Part shown: positions 60,702 through 64,000 of the stretch, one piece after another
How positions within the stretch are numbered: the stretch's first letter is position 1
How the letters are laid out: each line of letters starts with the position of its first letter
Origin: Alphaproteobacteria bacterium
GTDB taxonomy: Bacteria; Pseudomonadota; Alphaproteobacteria; GCA-2731375
Reading direction: 5' to 3'
NCBI GenBank assembly: GCA_965225945.1
Contig: CBDDBZ010000035.1
Location: 320,001-384,000 of the forward strand
Length of the DNA stretch: 64,000 nucleotides
The notes under the pieces: model-generated
The model's database searches: none
What the model was told of the DNA's origin: nothing
The model's input: the letters and a program-made list of their open reading frames with translations, nothing else
Translations under genes and position numbers: made by a program

Positions 60702-61724
60702 ATGAACGTCCCGACGACGATCGAGAAGCTCACGGCGAAGGACTTCGCGACCGACCAGGAAGTGCGTTGGTGCCCCGGCTGCGGCGACTACGCCATCCTG
60801 AAGGGCGTGCAGCGCACGCTGGCCGAGATCGGCGCGCGGCCGGAGAATACGGTGTTCGTCTCCGGCATCGGTTGTGCCGCGCGCTTTCCCTATTACATGG
60901 CGACCTACGGCTTCCACACCATTCACGGCCGGGCGCCGGCGATCGCCACCGGTATCAAGCTCGCCAATCCCGCGCTCGACGTCTGGATCGTCACCGGCGA
61001 CGGCGACGGCCTCTCGATCGGCGGCAATCATCTGCTGCACATCCTCAGGCGCAACCTCGACGTGCAGATCCTGCTCTTCAACAACGAGATCTATGGCCTG
61101 ACCAAGGGGCAGTATTCGCCGACCTCGCGTCTCGGCACCCGGTCGCCCTCGACGCCCAGGGGCTCGGTCGACCTGCCGGTCTCGCCCGTGCTCTTCGCGC
61201 TCGGCTCCGGCGCCACCTTCGTCGCCCGTTCGGTCGACACGCAACAGAAGCAGATGCCCGGCATTCTGAAGGCCGCGCATGCCCATAAGGGCGCGGCTTT
61301 CGTCGAGCTGTTCCAGAACTGCATCGTATACAACGACGAGGTCTTCGACTATTTCACCGATCGCTCGGTGGCCGCAGACCAACAGATCGAGGCGGTGCAC
61401 GGCGAGCCGCTGATCTTCGGCAAAGAGCGCGACAAGGGCCTGCGCCTGGCGTCGGGCGGGATGGCGTTGGAGGTGATGGGGCTGGGCGAGGACGGCGGGG
61501 CTGGGGACGACGTCCTGGTCCACGACGCGGGCAACCGCATCCTCGCCACCATGCTCGCCGAGATGGAGCCGCCGGACCTGCCGGTGGCGATGGGGGTGCT
61601 CTACCAGGCCGAGGCAGAACCCTACGAACGCTCGGTGGTCGATCAGATCGAGGCGGCGAAGGCGGCCTCGACCAAGCCCGATCTCAACGCGCTGTTGCGC
61701 TCGGGCTCCACCTGGACGGTTTGA
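60702..61724 (+). CDS. korB: 2-oxoacid:ferredoxin oxidoreductase beta subunit
   Basis: WCPGCGD, SGIGC, GDGDGLSIGGNH, YGLTKGQYSPTS. Confidence 0.9.
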   Translation: MNVPTTIEKLTAKDFATDQEVRWCPGCGDYAILKGVQRTLAEIGARPENTVFVSGIGCAARFPYYMATYGFHTIHGRAPAIATGIKLANPALDVWIVTGDGDGLSIGGNHLLHILRRNLDVQILLFNNEIYGLTKGQYSPTSRLGTRSPSTPRGSVDLPVSPVLFALGSGATFVARSVDTQQKQMPGILKAAHAHKGAAFVELFQNCIVYNDEVFDYFTDRSVAADQQIEAVHGEPLIFGKERDKGLRLASGGMALEVMGLGEDGGAGDDVLVHDAGNRILATMLAEMEPPDLPVAMGVLYQAEAEPYERSVVDQIEAAKAASTKPDLNALLRSGSTWTV

Positions 61725-61836
61725 CGCGAGGCCACTCTCGTCCGGCGTGATTCTGTCGGCGGCGCGGTTCTCGACGCCTCCCGGAACCGCCGCTCGTTCC
61801 GGGCGGGCGCGGCATGGGCCTTTGGGGGAGTGCCAG

Positions 61837-63141
61837 GTGGGGATCTCGGTTGCCATCGTGGGATCGGGACCGAGCGGGTTCTATACCGCCGATGCCCTGC
61901 TGAAGTCGGACGTCGCGTTCGACGTCGACATCATCGAGCGGCTGCCGGCGCCGCACGGCTTGATCCGCTACGGCGTCGCGCCCGATCATCAGACCACCAA
62001 GAACGTCTCCCGCGCCTTCGACAAGACCGCCGGCGACTCAGGCGTCCGCTATTGGGGCAACGTCGAGGTCGGCCGCGACGTCTCGCTCGATCGGTTGCGC
62101 CAACTCTACGACGCCGTGGTGCTCGCCATCGGCTCGCCCTTCGACCGCAAGCTCGACATTCCCGGCGAGGACAAGATAGGCGTGTTCGGCTCGGCCGAGT
62201 TCGTCGGCTGGTACAACGCACATCCCGACTTCCGCGACCTCGACCCCGACCTCGAGATCGGCGCCGCGGCGGTGATCGGCGTCGGCAACGTCGCCATCGA
62301 CATCGCCCGGGTCCTGGTGAAGACGCGGCAAGAGATGGCCAAGTCCGACATTCCCGATTACGCGCTCGATCCGATCCAGGCGGCGCCGATTACCGACGTC
62401 TACATGTTCGGCAGGCGCGGCGCGCTCGACGCCAAGTTCACCAACGTCGAGTTGCGCGAGATGGGCCATCTCGAAAACTGCCATCCCGTGGTCGATCCGG
62501 CCCAGCTTCCCGACGCGGTCGGCGACATGGAGAGCTCCCGCGATCGCCGCCTGAAGGAACGCAACCTCGCCACGCTCCGCGAGTTCACCACCCTCGATCC
62601 CACCGGCAAGGCGAAGCGGTGCCACTTCGCCTTCCTCGCCTCGCCCGTGGAGATCCTGGGCGGCGAGCGGGTCGAGGGCCTGCGGATGGAACGCAACAAG
62701 GTCGAGGACGGCCGCGCCGTCGGCACGGGCGAAACCTTCGAGATCGAGTGCGGCTTGGTCGCCGCCGCCATCGGCTACCGGGGCGAGCCGCTGGAAGACA
62801 TCCCTTTCGATGCGTGGAGCGGCATCGTCGTCAACGACGAGGGTCGGGTGGCGGACGGCCTCTATGCCGTCGGCTGGATCAAGCGGGGGCCGACCGGCGT
62901 CATCGGCACCAACAAGGCCGACGGGCGCGGCGCCGTCGAGCAGATCGTCGAGGACATCGCCGAGGGCCGCAAGCCGGGCCGCGCGGCGCTCGAGGCGGAG
63001 CTTCGCGCCGGCGGCGCCCGCTGGCTCGATTACGCCGATTGGCGCCGAATCCAGGCAGTGGAGGAGGCGGCCGCGCTCGCCCCGGCACCGCGGCGCAAGC
63101 TGGTGACGATCGAGGAAATGCTCGCCGTTCTCGGCGAGTGA
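61837..63141 (+). CDS. Ferredoxin-NADP+ reductase (FprA/adrenodoxin reductase type)
   Basis: IVGSGPSG, GLIRYGVAPDH, FVGWYN.HP, GNVAID, GWIKRGPTG. Confidence 0.92.
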   Translation: MGISVAIVGSGPSGFYTADALLKSDVAFDVDIIERLPAPHGLIRYGVAPDHQTTKNVSRAFDKTAGDSGVRYWGNVEVGRDVSLDRLRQLYDAVVLAIGSPFDRKLDIPGEDKIGVFGSAEFVGWYNAHPDFRDLDPDLEIGAAAVIGVGNVAIDIARVLVKTRQEMAKSDIPDYALDPIQAAPITDVYMFGRRGALDAKFTNVELREMGHLENCHPVVDPAQLPDAVGDMESSRDRRLKERNLATLREFTTLDPTGKAKRCHFAFLASPVEILGGERVEGLRMERNKVEDGRAVGTGETFEIECGLVAAAIGYRGEPLEDIPFDAWSGIVVNDEGRVADGLYAVGWIKRGPTGVIGTNKADGRGAVEQIVEDIAEGRKPGRAALEAELRAGGARWLDYADWRRIQAVEEAAALAPAPRRKLVTIEEMLAVLGE

Positions 63142-63169
63142 ACGGCCGCGCGCCGCACCCCGCCGGCCG

Positions 63170-63185
63170 TAAACAAAGTCTTAAC
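63170..63185 (+). promoter_or_regulatory. Putative CtrA box
   Basis: TAAA-N7-TTAAC, one mismatch to TTAA-N7-TTAAC, in an AT-rich patch upstream of the response regulator. Confidence 0.45.
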
Positions 63186-63231
63186 CGCTTTCGTGCTTGT
63201 CTCTCCCGACTTGCGTCGTGCCGAGGTGCCC

Positions 63232-63888
63232 ATGGCGACCTACGACCTGGAGCGTTTCTCCTTCCTCGTGGTGGAGGACGGCATCTATCTCCGATCGCTG
63301 CTGATCCAGTCGCTGAAGGCGCTGGGTATCGGCAATGTTCGCGCCGCCGATCATGGCGGCGAGGCGATCGACCTGCTCCGCATGATGAAGAAGGATCCGA
63401 TGCGCGCGGGCATCATGAACATCGACGTCGTCATATCGAACTGGCAGATGTCGCCCGTCGACGGGTTGATGCTGTTGCGCATGATGAAGAAGGATCCGAT
63501 GCGCGCGGGCATCATGAACATCGACGTCGTCATATCGAACTGGCAGATGTCGCCCGTCGACGGGTTGATGCTGTTGCGCTGGGTCCGGCGGCACAAAGAC
63601 TCGCCCGACCATTTCATCCCCTTCATCATGATCACCGGCCATGCCGAGCCGAGCAAGGTGGCGGAGGCACGCGACCTGGGCATGACCGAGATGATCGGCA
63701 AACCCTTCTCCGTCAACTCGGTCACGGAGCGGGTGCTGCAGCTCATCGACCGACCCCGCCAGTTCCTCCACACCAGCGAATACTTCGGCCCCGACCGTCG
63801 CCGCCGCCACGATGAGCGCTACAAGGGCAACGAGCGTCGCGTGATGCCGGAGGAAGATATCGAGATCGTCCATGTCGGCCGAACCTAG
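63232..63888 (+). CDS. Response regulator receiver protein with an internal 33-aa duplication
   Basis: LVVED, MSPVDG, MITGHA, KPFS, YFGPDRRR. Confidence 0.88.
   Translation: MATYDLERFSFLVVEDGIYLRSLLIQSLKALGIGNVRAADHGGEAIDLLRMMKKDPMRAGIMNIDVVISNWQMSPVDGLMLLRMMKKDPMRAGIMNIDVVISNWQMSPVDGLMLLRWVRRHKDSPDHFIPFIMITGHAEPSKVAEARDLGMTEMIGKPFSVNSVTERVLQLIDRPRQFLHTSEYFGPDRRRRHDERYKGNERRVMPEEDIEIVHVGRT
63382..63579 (+). repeat. Exact 99-bp tandem duplication
   Basis: 63382-63480 is identical to 63481-63579. Confidence 0.95.
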
Positions 63889-64000
63889 CTCCGACACGCC
63901 CGCCGCCCAGAAGCGGAAGCCCAAGGTCCGCATCTACCGGCTGCCCAATCGGTTGCGCCGGAAGGCCGCCCCGGGTGGTGGCAAAGGTCCGGGCGAATTG
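63872..64000 (+). CDS. Partial CDS running off the window; probable signalling partner of the response regulator
   Basis: MSAEPSSDTPAAQKRKPKVRIYRLPNRLRRK..., overlapping the upstream stop. Confidence 0.6.
   Translation, partial: MSAEPSSDTPAAQKRKPKVRIYRLPNRLRRKAAPGGGKGPGEL

Noticed and set aside
1-64000. tRNA, rRNA or riboswitch genes
   Set aside because: None recognised by eye; a covariance-model scan (tRNAscan-SE/Infernal-Rfam) would be needed to exclude small RNAs

Overview
GC-rich alphaproteobacterial chromosome segment, Rhodospirillales-like by inference from ispH-thrB-rnhA synteny, split pntAA/pntAB/pntB, a usg remnant and CtrA-like boxes. It carries housekeeping and catabolic genes (glcDEF, pcaF, 2-oxoacid:ferredoxin oxidoreductase plus FNR, a non-canonical LeuCD-like hydratase plus ICL/PEPM-family lyase, many oxidoreductases) and a dense set of mobile DNA. 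The mobile elements are: (i) a 20-bp-TIR element with an 8-bp TSD inside an adenylate cyclase gene; (ii) a tyrosine recombinase + IS91-transposase element; (iii) IS4- and IS66-family elements whose target sites are 3 bp apart in a CtrA-like box; (iv) a 755-bp transposase-less cassette with perfect 43-bp TIRs containing an NrdR-box-like palindrome, carrying a passenger gene and splitting an LLM oxidoreductase; (v) a RAYT/Y1 HUH nuclease gene bracketed by 22-bp inverted repeats; and (vi) a hipBA-like module. Several gene modules lie between diverged direct repeats, and there are short gene scars, frameshifts and two exact in-frame tandem duplications, some of which may be consensus or assembly artefacts. 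I recognised no rRNA, tRNA or CRISPR array. All family assignments come from motif recognition by eye, not database searches.
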